Part shown: piece by piece, positions 51,821-64,000 of the stretch
How positions within the stretch are numbered: the first letter of the stretch is position 1
Layout of the letters: each line of letters opens with the position of its first letter
DNA from: Octopus sinensis
Lineage: Eukaryota
Assembly (NCBI RefSeq): GCF_006345805.1
Contig: NC_043005.1
Span: 10,044,001 to 10,108,000, forward strand
Direction of reading: 5' to 3'
DNA length: 64,000 nucleotides
The notes under the pieces: model-generated
The model's database searches: none
What the model saw: only the letters and a program-made list of their open reading frames with translations
Told to the model about the DNA's origin: nothing
Position numbers and translations under genes: made by a program

Positions 51821-52149
51821 TAAATAGCAGAGACTATGAATTCGTTCCTAATTTATGCATATAAATTTAAAAGTTTATGATAATTATGAGTTTATGATGT
51901 TAGCGTTTCTAACATTTAATGATGGGAGTGGAGGATGATGTGTGTCTAGTGGTTCAGCTGTTGAACTGGTTTCAATGACGTGGGTTAGATTCCCGGACCG
52001 GTAGTGGGTCCTTGGGCAAGATGAGTCAAGTTCCTCCAGGGACTGACCCAGGTGGCTTGCACTTGTAGTGTGTGCATATTTGATTCACTGCTACCAAGTA
52101 GGATCGTCTACAGCTGGGTAAGCAATGGTCGATGCCTTGACAAATGAGA

Positions 52150-52310
52150 AACAAGAGCACTCAGAGAGTGCAAACCTCCGCCCGAGGCAACACTATCGTC
52201 CTCTCAAAGATTAACCAGAGATGATTTTCAAAATGAGAATGTCTGAAATAAACTCGACTGCTCTCACAAACGAGAGTACTAAAAATGAACCCGACCGCTC
52301 TCAACAATTA
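52150..52310 (-). mobile_element. Probable Helentron-associated (HINE/DINE-like) terminal fragment
   Basis: aacaaga GCACTC aga GAGTGC aa acctccgcc: a stem-loop next to a subTIR-like motif, ending in TT on the minus strand. The other end was not found. Confidence 0.45.
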
Positions 52311-52311
52311 A

Positions 52312-52322
52312 GTATGTGTGTG

Positions 52323-52354
<32 letters not shown>

Positions 52355-52374
52355 TGTATGTATGTATGTATGTA

Positions 52375-52405
<31 letters not shown>

Positions 52406-52778
52406 GTGTGTATATATGTGTGTGTATGTATGTATGTATGTATGTATGTATGTATGTGTGTATGTATGTATGTGTGTGTATATATGTGTGTGTATGTATG
52501 TATGTATGTATGTATGTATGTATGTATGTATGCATGTATGTACGTATGTGTGTGTATGTGTGTGTATGTATGCATGTGTGTGTGTATGTATGTCTGTATG
52601 TATGTACGTATGTGTGTGTGTATGTATGTGTGTGTATGTATGTGTGTATGTATGTGTGTGTAGGTATGTATGTGTGTGTGTATGTATGTGTGTGTATGTA
52701 TGTATGTATGTGTGTGTGTATGTATGTGTGTGAGTATGTATGTATGTATGTATGTATGTATGTGTGTATGTATGTATG
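52312..52778. repeat. (TATG)n/(TG)n compound microsatellite
   Basis: Direct reading. Confidence 0.98.
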
Positions 52779-53567
52779 TTCATGTTTATTAACTTTTCTC
52801 TCGTGAATTTATGCATATATTCTTTACCGCCAAAGAAAAAAATAGCAGCTTATTATTCGCCTGCATGAGAGACAACCATGCATTAGAAAGCATAATAATC
52901 CTTGATCACCACATTTATTGATGTTCACGATCTATTTTGTTGTTGAAAACTAACTTCTTTGCTTTGATTACACCGTCATTCATGCTCTTGATATCTCTTA
53001 ATCTTTTCAATTTTCATATTTTTTCTTTTCTTCTGTGCTATCTATATTTCCAGTCACAGTGAATACTAACAATTCTGGTTGATATTACATGACCTTGGCG
53101 AACTCTTTGGCCGCTTAATCCTGGATGTAAAAATTAATCTTCAATGTCAACGACTAAATCTTGATCCGTTCATAATCTCGCTATTAATTTCTTTTCTGTT
53201 CAGTCTCTTTCAATTTCTCATAATGTTCACCGCGGCTTAAACCGTTTCTAACTTGCATGTTTTGTCAGCAGCGCTGATGGAAGACGTGAATGGAAGAAAA
53301 TAAGAAAGGATTCTTAGAAACTAGGACAACCAATATAATTATTTCCAGCATGCAGCAGTTCTAATCAAAAAAATAATCATCTCAGCATCATTGTTACCAG
53401 TCTTCTTAGATGCTTTTATTTCCAGCCTAGGTATACGTGTATGTATATGTGTGTGTATGTGTGTGTGTACGTATACCTGTAGTATATATGTATATATATG
53501 AAAGTATTTATATATATATATATATGTATATATACATGCATATACATTCATATATAGGAATATATGA

Positions 53568-53604
<37 letters not shown>

Positions 53605-53772
53605 TATTACATGATCGAACGCCACATATCCATTTCCAAGTAAGTTTTATCTTAATAATTCCGATGTGCACTCTATAGCCTATCTCTATTCTATCTCCCT
53701 CTCTTGTTCTTCTTCCTTTCTATTTTTCTCTCCCCTCCTTTCTGTAATTCTTCTCCTCTCCTTCACCGCTTC

Positions 53773-53808
<36 letters not shown>

Positions 53809-53859
53809 ACTTTTCCTCTTTGACTCTCTCGTTGCTCCCAAGTGACCAACGGCTATCTA

Positions 53860-54696
53860 TCTTTCTTTTTTTCTTCAAAACTTCGATCAAACGCTCTAAT
53901 TGCTGACAGTAGACTTGAGAATTGATTGTTGCATTAGGTGGTAACAATTCAAAGTGAATTACTCCTTTGCAATCCCACCAGATAGAGAGAAGAAATTTTT
54001 CCCACGAAGTTTCCTTCTCGGTTGTGGTTGAGCTTTTTTTCCTTTTACCAAGCTACGACCATTTTTCGTCACCTGTCACAAGTCCATCCAAAAAGGATGA
54101 AATGAGTTCACGAGAATGGATAGAAGAGCAGATGTCAATTCGGGATTTGCGGTTGCTTTCGGACAATTCATGAGTCATCCATTTTCCAAGTTTAGGAACC
54201 TTTCCAAGTTGTTGAAGATGACTACAAACAGTTGTATGGTTTGAACTAAACTTTATTGCCAATTCTTCAACTGATAATGCAGGATTTTCTTCAAGTAATG
54301 CCTCAAGGAACTTATCATCAAACTCAACTGGACGCCCTGTTTGATCTTCAACTTTAAGGCTGAAATCTCCACTTCTGAATTTTTCAAACTATCTTCTGCA
54401 AGTTCTTTCATTCAAGCGTTCTTTCCCATAAGCTGAATGTGTTTCAAGTCGCCTCAGCTGCGGAGTTTCCTTTTTTGTACTCAAAAAGCATTATGTGCCT
54501 CAAATGCTCTTTGGATACTTCCATATTAGAAAGGGTTTTAATCAAAGAAATTTTAATTCTATTAATCTGTAAAATAATATTTAATTAGTTTAAATGTACA
54601 CAAATGCATAAAAACTTTTAATTCCATAAGACATTCTAAAATACTATTAAATTTTATTCAATTTTAAAAAAGGACAGAACTTATGGGATGACCTGA
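53860..54696 (-). mobile_element. Mariner transposon remnant: 5' TIR plus pseudogenised transposase N-terminal two-thirds
   Basis: ATG at 54524: MEVSKEHLRHIMLFEYKKG...GKWMTHELS (WVPHEL-like)...LVTGDEKW...IWWDCKGVIHFELLPPNATINSQVYCQQL. TIR-like TA|TCAGGTCATCCCATAAGTTCTGTCC. Confidence 0.9.
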
Positions 54697-54701
54697 TATA
54701 T

Positions 54702-54733
<32 letters not shown>

Positions 54734-54781
54734 GTTATCTATTTATTCATCTATCTATCTATCTACCTATCTACCTATCTT

Positions 54782-54824
<43 letters not shown>

Positions 54825-55019
54825 ATATATATATATTATATATATATATTATATATATATATTGCTAGCTAGATAGATGGATATAGTTACGCACAAACAT
54901 GCACACAAACAAATGTACATATTTTCATATGATGTTAGCGCACCGTCGTTTCGCTCATGTTGCCGATGTTGTGTGTGCGGCTATGTATATATATGTGTGT
55001 GTGTGTGTGTGCGTGCGTG

Positions 55020-56255
55020 CGATAGGCAAATTGTCACCATTTTATATTTTTAATTTCGCACATGCGCATTGTTTGTTCTTTGATTTTGTCAACTACATAG
55101 TATACTAGGGTCAGTTGGGCACCGTCTGCGAGAAAAACAGCACCATAACGCAATTCATTCTGCCAGAAACTTGGAAACCACGTGATGTTCTGCTTGACGT
55201 TCGCGCCAGAAGCTCCAATACGAACGTTTCAGAGTGTTTGGGTGTCAATCTGAGGACAGTGCAATCTGAGGAAATGTACAGAGAGTGATAAAAATCAAAC
55301 ATCCACTCAACATCATGGTGTTTGGAGTGATCACAAGTGATGGCAACGTTAAGCCTCCATTCATCTTCCCACACGACCTGAGGCACACCATGGAGGCCTA
55401 CATCAAATAATTGGTGGAGGTAGTGCTGTCTTAGGTCAAGAGGGTGGCTGCTGGAGGACCTTATACTTGGAAACAGGACTCTGCACCATGCCGCACAAGC
55501 AGGAAGACCTAGTCATGGTTGTCAGACAATTTCTGCGATTACATCAACCCTATCACCTTGCAACCTAACTCCCCAGACTGCAAACCCCGTGATTATTATG
55601 TGGTGCAGTTGAACGAGAGGCCAACAAAATTCCTTGTAAAACCAAAGATGAACTCAAGGCAAGAATTATAGCAGCATTCACCAACTTAAACAAGGAGACC
55701 CTCCAGAAGAGGTACAGGAGATTCCGAAGTCGTCTGGAGGCTGTGGCTGAAGCCAATGGCGAGTTCATTGAATAGATTTACTCTTTAGTATTTCAAGATA
55801 TTTTAATATCATTTTGGTAAACATCTTTATATTTAAAAGTGAAGTTGTGTGTCTGTCTCCTACGATTTAGATTCCTAACTACTCCCACATTTTGCGGTGC
55901 AGTTTAACCAAAACCGGGTATCTTATAGCCGTGATTCATATCGAGCCTTTCTGGGTATTAGCGCGCGTCTACGATGAGTCTACAATTTAAAAAAAAATTA
56001 CCATGAATTTTTCCCATTTTTGGCATATATAAGGGAAGTAACTCTCTAAAAATTTATTATTAAATCTCAGAACGTAAAAAGCTTAGGTAACACCCCCCCC
56101 CCTTTGTGGTTAGCCATATTAAGATGGCTATTATACTTTACATCTCTAAAAATGCTTCTATAGTTATTTCCCTTACAAACCCGAGCAACGCCGGGCGATA
56201 CTGCTAGTATCTATTAAAATGAGATGTTAGTGCTATTTTCATTTTTGCATAATTT
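55020..56255 (+). mobile_element. DD37D (maT-type) Tc1/mariner remnant, internally deleted and interrupted by a Helitron
   Basis: IMVFGVITSDG...KQDSAP...NSPDCKPRDYY with exactly 37 codons between the last two catalytic Asp; C-terminus RLEAVAEANGEFIE*; in-frame stops. Confidence 0.85.
55824..56207 (+). mobile_element. Non-autonomous Helitron, family 1
   Basis: A|TC...hairpin...CTAG|T. Confidence 0.92.
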
Positions 56256-56939
56256 ATTAATATATGTATGTGTGCGCTCGTGTATGTATATCTCCTTACT
56301 GCATATCTCGCGCTTTTTCCCTCAGATCTTGACATACAATCATTTCGTTCTTCTTTACCCGTTATTATTATTTGGAGGGTGGGGTTATTTGATTTCACAA
56401 CAATGAATTTTAGATGCATCTTTAAAGAATCTCTAAGATATTGATATTTAGAATTTTATGGTTTTTTTATTGTCTTGTTTTATCTTCCAGTTCTTAGTTT
56501 GTAGGGTTTCCTCAATGTACTTTACATAATATTCGCCTGTAGCTGTCGCTTCTTTTTCTGGGAAATTAGTTTTCTTTGAGATCTTTCATTTGACGTCGTT
56601 TCGAAAAATCTACCTTTTTTTTTTTCATATCTTTAATTCAATGATAATGTATGTGTGTGTGTATGTATGCATATATGCATGTATATATGTATGTATTATG
56701 TATGCGTATATATGAACATATGAATGTACGAGTATATGTATACGTATATGTATAAATGCATGTATATACAAATATGTGCGTATATATGTATGTATTGATG
56801 CAAGTATGTATGTATAAAGTATTATATATGCATATGTATATGATGCACAAATATGTATATGCGTGTGTCTGCGTATATGTATTTATATGTTTATATATAT
56901 ATATATATGCATGTTTATATGTATGTGAGCATGAATGAA

Positions 56940-57345
56940 TATGTATGTATGTATGTGTGTATGTATGTATGTATGTATGTATGTATGTATGTATGTATGT
57001 ATGTATGCATGTATGTATGCATGTATGTATGTATGCATGTATGTATGTATGTATGAATGTATGTATGTATGCATGTATGCATGTATGCATGTATGCATGT
57101 ATGTATGTATGCATGTATGTATGTATGAATGTATGTATGTATGTATGCATGCATGTATGCATGCATGTATGTATGCATGTATGTATGTATGTATGTATGT
57201 ATGTATGTATGTATGTATGCATGCATGTATGTATGCATGCATGTATGTATGTATGCATGCATGTATGTATGTATGCATGCATGTATGTATGTATGTATGT
57301 ATGTATGTATGTATGTATGTATGTATGTATGTATGTATGTATGTA
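56940..57345. repeat. (TATG)n/(CATG) microsatellite
   Basis: Direct reading. Confidence 0.98.
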
Positions 57346-57454
57346 CAGTTCTGACGATGTCTTCAAGATGCTTATCCGTGTCTTACCTTCTGTTAATATT
57401 ATTCTTCTCTAAGGGGTTTGATATTTATTTCAAATTAAAAACCTTTATTTTAGA

Positions 57455-57856
57455 CTAGCAGTATCGCCCGGCGTTGCTCGGGTTTGTAAGGGAAATAACT
57501 ATATAAGCATTTTTAGAGAGTTATAGCAAAAGAAAAAGCAAAAAATGCATTAAAAATGGAAAAAAAATGATGGTAAATTTTTTTTTATATCGTTGACTCA
57601 TCGTAGACATTTTTAGAGAGTTACTTCCCTTATATAATAGCGAAAAAAATGCATTAAAATGGGAAAAAATGATGGTAAATTTTTTTTTAAATCGTAGACT
57701 CATCGTAGACGCGCGTTAATATCCAGGAGGGCTCGATATGAATCACGACTATAAGATACCCGGTTTTGGTTAAACTGCACCGCAAAATGTGGGAGTAGTT
57801 AGGAATCTAAATCGTAGGAGATAGACAGCACGCAACCTCTCTTTTATATATAAAGA
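57455..57856 (-). mobile_element. Non-autonomous Helitron, family 1
   Basis: Reverse complement with intact A|TC and CTAG|T termini. Confidence 0.92.
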
Positions 57857-57986
57857 TATCCATGTTACCCGCAAAATTAGTACAATGCATAAAGCTGGTA
57901 CTGAAATAATATTGTTAATAATACTATTACTGATGGTCACTCCAGTCGATTTCGACGTATGGGTGCCTGAACGAGAGGATTTAAAG

Positions 57987-58026
<40 letters not shown>

Positions 58027-58059
58027 GACTTTAAAAATAAAAAGTTGCGTTGATGGGCG

Positions 58060-59005
58060 CATGGGTGTAATTTGATAGGTGCATGAATGTAATTTGTGTC
58101 CGAGTATGGATTTTTCTATGAAGTTACAATGAGGACACTGATGATTTTTATATTGTTTAGGATTGAACAAATGTGTCTGTTGTTTGCAGGATATAAATCT
58201 TTTATTGTTCTGTTCCTTTGACTCAAATTGTTTTGATGCATCATGACACATTCTACACCATGCAGATCGATCTAGACAATAACATTCCAAAGATGTCACA
58301 TTAAGCTGTAGAAATTTTAGTGATTGTTTCAACTTATCCTTAAACCTAAGGACGGGTCTCTCCTTTACCGCAGCATTCCTCTACTTGTTGGCCATACAAA
58401 AGAATTTTCTTTCATTCAAACAAGATGTCGTTGCCATCTGCACTGAATTTTCAACACCATGCTTTTGATGCTGGAGATATCACATTTCCCTAAGATTTTG
58501 ACAATTGATATCTTATCTTGCTATATTAACGTTGCAGATACTGTGGAGACATCACATATAAGGGGTTTCAAGTTTATTTTTAAATGTCTGTAGAAGTGAA
58601 TCCATGCTTCTGCCCCATACAAAAATGTGCTCAAAAACCAAGAGATGAATACACTTATTCTAGTTTTCAGACTGACACCGTGTTCATCCCACAAACGATG
58701 GGAAAGTTTTCTAAAAGCATTGTAGCTTTAGATATTGTAACATTGATTTCATCAGTACTCTTAAAGTTTATTGTACATCCAAGATCTGGTCAATTTGAGT
58801 GGCTTCTTACCAGTCATCACATTTGTATCCCGAATAGGCTTTGGCTGGAATAAAACTACGGTCTTCTCGATACTGACAGTCAGTCCAAATGCACGAACTA
58901 CCGAAGCAAACCTGTCGACTGTTTCTTGAATTACCTCAAACGTATGAGAAATCAAAGCGCAATCATCAGTAAGCAGAAAATCACGCAGAATCTCTTCTTT
59001 GGTCT
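58060..59005 (-). mobile_element. RTE-clade LINE remnant (RT C-terminal half)
   Basis: RDFLLTDDCAL...FGLTVSIEKTVVLFQP, ILLYGQ, LRFKDKLKQSLK, DRSAW and a C-terminal CPHC. Confidence 0.85.
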
Positions 59006-59144
59006 TTTAGGTTTATAAGACCTTCGCCTGCGCGAAACTGGAATTTTACACCATTTTCTTAATCCCTTTTGGTAATCATGAACAATTGTAACTAGAAGCA
59101 CCATAGACACTCCAAATGTTAGGCCTCACTCCCAACGAGAATCT

Positions 59145-59555
59145 ACTCTTTACTCTTTTACTCTTTAACTTGTTTCAGTCATTTGACTGCGGCCATGCTG
59201 GAGCACCGCCTTTAGTCGAGCAAATCGACCCCGGGACTTATTCTTTATAAGCCCAGTACTTATTCTATCGGTATCTTTAGCTGAACCGCTAAGTGACAGG
59301 GACGTAAACACACCACCATCGGTTGTCAAGCAATGCTAGGGGACAAACACAGACACACAAACATATACACACACACTTATATATATATACATATATACGA
59401 CAGGCTTCTTTCAGTTTCTGTCTACCAAATCCACTCACAAGGCATTGGTCGGCCCGGGGCTATAGCAGAAGACACTTGCCCAAGATGCCACGCAGTGGGA
59501 CTGAACCCGGAACCATGTGGTTGGTTAGCAAGCTACTTACCACACAGCCACTCCT
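59145..59555 (-). mobile_element. SINE family A, full length, young
   Basis: Reverse complement with a (TAAAAGAG)n tail. Confidence 0.92.
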
Positions 59556-60160
59556 ACCCCGACGGAAGTATATCCTTCACTGGTTATGCATCTCAAAGAC
59601 TAACTTTTCACTTCAGAGCCAGAAGATATTTCCTCTCCCTTCTATTTGTTAACACTGAACAAACTTCAGCTAAATCCCACAGTGGATGGTGTTGCTGCTG
59701 CACATACTGACAACCGAGACCACATTCATGATTAGCAATAAAGTTATCCACCGACACACTCTAGCCTATGGACTATAGACTAACCGTCTCTCCTTTTGCT
59801 GCTGCCACCAATAATAGCCTGTTTCCTCAGAGATGACTGTCTTGCATCACCCTTAATCAGACACTCCTGACGAACTTAGCTCACCTCCTCTCACCCCTCA
59901 TGTCTCGTCCAATATCCCGGAATTTCTTTAAACACTACTCTCACTCGAAATAATATATTCCTAAATCTCAGAGATTTATGCAGTAGCAGCACGATAAAGT
60001 GATAGTATGTTGTCCACTTAATGTGACAGTCCCATAAAAGAGAAGAAAGCTACTGTTATTTAGCCATAGGAAGCACCGTTTCCTGTTGGACTTGACACAT
60101 TTACTGTGTCTTTATGTTTTCAAAGTGGCGACAATCACCTCCACCCAGCAAAGCCAGCAA

Positions 60161-60201
60161 CCAGAGACTAGTTTCAGAGTCATTGCTCATCATCAGTCTT
60201 G
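60161..60201 (-). ncRNA. Minimal type I hammerhead ribozyme motif within a longer hairpin
   Basis: Minus strand: CAAGA CUGAUGA U GAG CAAUGA CUC U GAAA CUAG UC UCUGG. Intact core, GUC cleavage triplet, palindromic ACUAGU stem III. Confidence 0.75.
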
Positions 60202-60767
60202 AGTAGCACGGCTTGCTAGCTGTCGATGCCCATTTGCTTTTGAAAACATATATATTTCAAGTGAAATATAATCAATCCTTCCACTCACCGAACAGAAATA
60301 AAAGAGAAACTTAATAAATTCTGTAAACATCCTGTAACAAGTTATAACGCCTTGAAAGATGAGATCTGTGTTAAGTGCCAGAAGGCAACATTATATTATG
60401 CATTTTTCAATTTTCTAGTAGTCCAGGAATGTCAATAAAGCCGAACTAGGGTAATGCATTCAAGGAACTTAGCCAGTTTTATCATCTCCAGTGATTTAAG
60501 TTTGAGGCTTTCTTCATCGATCTGTATTTAGAGTTCAGGCATATACGTTCTGACGTAAAGTGACGCAAATCGATACACCGGTAAGTACCCGTAAATATCA
60601 ATATAGGCTCATTTGCGTTCAGACAAGAAGAGCTTGTGCGTGAGAATGGGATGGAGAAACCGAAAGAGAGACGCCGGGTGTCCACCCGTTTACAAGGCAT
60701 CCGTCAACCAGAAGCCCCAGTAGAAGATGCTTCCGCGATTCGGTGCAATTAGATCAAAGCTATGAAA

Positions 60768-61060
60768 GCGCGTGGCTTAGTGGTTAGAGTATTCGGCTTA
60801 CGATCATAAACTCGTGAGTTCAGTTCCCGGCGACGCGTTGTGTCCTTGAGGAAGACACTTTATCTCACGTTGCTCCAGAAGAAATGAGTAGTGCCTGTAT
60901 TTCAAAGGGCCAGCCTTGTCACATTCTGTCTCACGCCGAATTTCCTTGAAAATTACGTTAGAGGTGCACGTTCTGTGCACCTTTATGCACGTTAATTTCA
61001 TGAGCAGGCTGTTCCATTGAACAGATCAACAGGAACTTCATCGTCGCAAGCGACGGAGTA
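60768..61060 (+). mobile_element. SINE family C variant
   Basis: Matches 16527-16845. Confidence 0.82.
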
Positions 61061-62109
61061 TCACTTTAGATCAAACCTATAGTCACATGGTTATGAAGCA
61101 AACTTCATAATCTGCGGCTATGTAACATGTAAATCACTGACAGAGAAACAGAGTTTTCTTTGTGAGCTACATGGCATTTTACATAAATTGTTTTGATGTC
61201 AGTTAGCAAAGGCTGGATCGTACGGATGGTTTTTAAGACTTGATAATCTGTTAAGTATTTATTTCGTCAGCTCTAGCATACGGCGCTTATCTAACAAAGT
61301 TTACTTTTTCATCTGGAAGCTCTTCCCGATAAAACGAGTCAGTGAAGAAGACTCTGAATGGTACCTCATCAACTAAAAACAGTCATCAAATCTTCCTTAA
61401 ACCATGCTCTGCAGTCTTTAAAAACGACACATTTCAATAATGGAGTCGAGAAGTCATTCAAACTGAATTAGAGATTGGATGGTCATATCTGGAATTAGAA
61501 ATTGGATGGCTTGAGCAGTAGTTTTGCTATGTTAACTGAAGCAAGGTAAAACGAAGTTTTTCTACCTAGAAACCCAACAAAATGCTTGAAGTAGCTTCGA
61601 ACATACATGCCACGAGCGGGTAGTCTAAATCTTACCCAGTCAGCCAAACCGCTTCTACTTATATATAGGTGGGTTGTTAAGAAATTCACTTGGCAATCAC
61701 GATGTCGGTTTTATATTCCACTGCATAGTATCACGTGCAAGTTCTTTTGTCGAAACCTACAAGGGTCAACTCCTGTTTGTGAATTTGAGTTAACGAAAAC
61801 TATGTGGAAACCTGTCGAATGAATTGTAGCTGTAGTTCAAAGGCACAACCTTGTCATACTCCTGTCACACTTATTCCACCCAAGAATTACGCTAAAAGTG
61901 CAGATATTTGTGGAATACTCAACCACTTCACGAACTAATTTAATGATTTGCTCGTCCCGTTGATTAAACAACTGGCAGCTCATTCACCGTGAGAGTCCAT
62001 CCATATATAATGTATTGACATGAAATTAATCTAAAAGACAAAGAATATTATTGGTTTCTTCGTCGACTTCATAGAGATAAAAAAAAAGTGTCTAATAACT
62101 TACTTACCA

Positions 62110-62272
62110 GAGGCGTAGGAGTGGCTGTGTGGTAAGTGGCTTGCTTACGAAACATGGTTCTGGGTTCAGTCCCACTGCGTGGCACCTATGGCAAGTGTCT
62201 TCTACTATAGCCTCGGGTCGACTAATGCCTTATGAGTGGATTTGGTAGACGGAAACTGAAAGAAGTCCGTCG

Positions 62273-62360
<88 letters not shown>

Positions 62361-62595
62361 TGTGTATGTGTGTGTGTGTATGTTTGTGTGTCTGTTTGTC
62401 CCTCCAACATCGCTTGATAACCGATGGTGGTGTGTTTACGTCTTCGTAACTTAGCGGTTCGGCAAAAGAGGCCGATAGAATAAGTACTAGGCATCCAAAG
62501 AATAAGTCCTGGGGTCGATTTGCTCGACTAAAGGCGGTGCTCCAGCATGGCCACAGTCAAATGACTGAAACAAGTAAAAGAGTAAAAGAGTAAAG
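62110..62595 (+). mobile_element. SINE family A, full length
   Basis: Family A head, microsatellite and tail. Confidence 0.92.
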
Positions 62596-62616
62596 GAGTT
62601 ATCTGTTGAACCACGG

Positions 62617-62669
62617 TGTCCTTGTTTGTCCTCTCTGCGTTTAGCCCCTTGTGGGTAGTAAAGAAATAG
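62617..62669 (+). mobile_element. Isolated Tx1-like SINE-B tail
   Basis: tgtccttgtttgtcctctctgcgtttagccccttgtgggtagtaaagaaata with no SINE body. Confidence 0.85.
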
Positions 62670-63005
62670 TTTTACGGTTTTACTCTCTTTCTTAACACCT
62701 TTACGCAGAATTATGGTTTACTGCATATTTCCACGCTCAGCTTAAAATCGCCAACCAAGGAGTTTCAACATGATCAACCGGCTTACTAGAAATACCAGCC
62801 GTTTCTCATTCATATTACCCTGCTTTCTTAAAGAAGAAAAATAACGCATTGCATAACGTGGTCCTTCGTAGACAACCCTAAAAGGATTAGATTGTCATGA
62901 TTGGAATGTTTTGGTTGTGCAGATCCGGGACTGAATAACTAAACTAAAGCTCGAAAATGTCTCTGGCCCCTTGTATCTATGTCCCATTACTCTCCCTTTA
63001 TTATG

Positions 63006-63392
63006 TGGAAGCACTCCGTCGGTTACGACGACGAGGGTTCCGGTTGATCCGAATCAACGGAACAGCCTGCTCGTGAAATTAACGTGTAAATGGCTGAGCA
63101 CTCCACAGACACGTGTACCCTTAACGTAGTTCTCGGGGATATTCAGCGTGACACAGAGAGTGACAAGGCCGGCCCTTTGAAATACAGGTACAACAGAAAC
63201 AGGAAGTAAGAGTGAGAGAAAGTTGTGGTGAAAGAGTACAGCAGGGATCACCACCATCCCCTGCCGGTGCCTCGTGGAGCTTTTTAGGTGTTTTCGCTCA
63301 ATAAACACTCACAACGCTCGGTCTGGGAATCGAAACCGCGATCCTATGACCGCGAGTCCGCTGCCCTAACCACTGGGCCATTGCGCCTCCAC
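63006..63392 (-). mobile_element. tRNA-derived SINE family C, full length, 11-bp TSD
   Basis: Head tggaggcgcaatggcccagtggttagggcagcggactcgcgg...ggtttcgattccc; ccctttattat on both sides. Confidence 0.92.
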
Positions 63393-64000
63393 CCCTTTAT
63401 TATACACGTATGTCTAACTGCTATAGACCAGTGTTTAAAACGCAAATAAACGGTAAGTTGGAATCATTTCAGAGGGTAATGTATTTCAACTATATTTACA
63501 CGGCTCAACAGTAAACAACAACATATGCTCGAAGGTGAGACGGTTCCTATGTATTTTAGCAACAGTTTTAAATCAGTGATTTAAAACAATTCGTGCATTT
63601 TAAACACGGCGAGTCACGACTTTGTTTGACATCGATAGGTTAAAAGAAAATATCGATAAAACTTTACTTTGAACAGCAGAGCAGAGAAATGAACTTAACC
63701 GAGGTTAGGGTCATCTGTTGTTTTATGTAGTTGTAATATTTATGTATTTACTTCTTTCTTCATTTATTCAATTTTACAGGAAATGGTTAACAAAAGTCTA
63801 TATCTGGATAGCAGAGATTTTTATCTTTCAATTACTTTGTAAACAAATTATTCGTGTTCTTTGTTCATTAATACTGTTATATGTTTTCCTGCTAACGATC
63901 TAATATTTAATTACAAGAATATTTGTTTTCTAAATAATAAAAATAATTTAATTACTCGACTGAGATTTCTCGGTCATGCTTTTTGAATTTCTTAATTTCA

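Noticed and set aside
53860-54524. Domesticated SETMAR-like gene
   Set aside because: Stops, frameshifts, 3' truncation and an adjacent TIR indicate a dead mariner.
63300-63392. tRNA gene (and similar heads at 16253, 33165, 46330 and 60768)
   Set aside because: tRNA-like A/B boxes continue into SINE bodies with TSDs; no proper cloverleaf end or terminator.

Overview
AT-rich, repeat-saturated animal genomic DNA (intergenic or large-intron type) with one 100-N gap (7798-7897). The repeat content is what I associate with octopus/cephalopod genomes; the species is an inference. I find no supportable host protein-coding gene, and almost all ORFs in the track are translated microsatellites or SINEs. 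Mobile DNA seen: two near-identical 5'-truncated Tx1-type LINE copies abutting (TATC)n; a Penelope-like (PLE) RT fragment plus PLE terminal-repeat fragments carrying hammerhead-ribozyme motifs; two R4/Dong-type LINE remnants; an RTE remnant; three IS630-Tc1-mariner remnants (one DD37D); non-autonomous Helitrons; and dozens of tRNA-derived SINE copies from at least three families, which I label A, B and C. The most interesting signals are three. (1) SINE-B ends in a ~50-nt tail that matches the 3' end of the Tx1 LINE; neither has a poly(A) tail and both leave unusually long target-site duplications (TSDs), suggesting a Tx1-driven SINE/LINE pair. (2) The Tx1 appears to target (TATC)n. (3) There are minimal hammerhead ribozymes and palindromes that start at hammerhead half-cores. 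All alignments were done by eye, and boundaries of degenerate copies are approximate.
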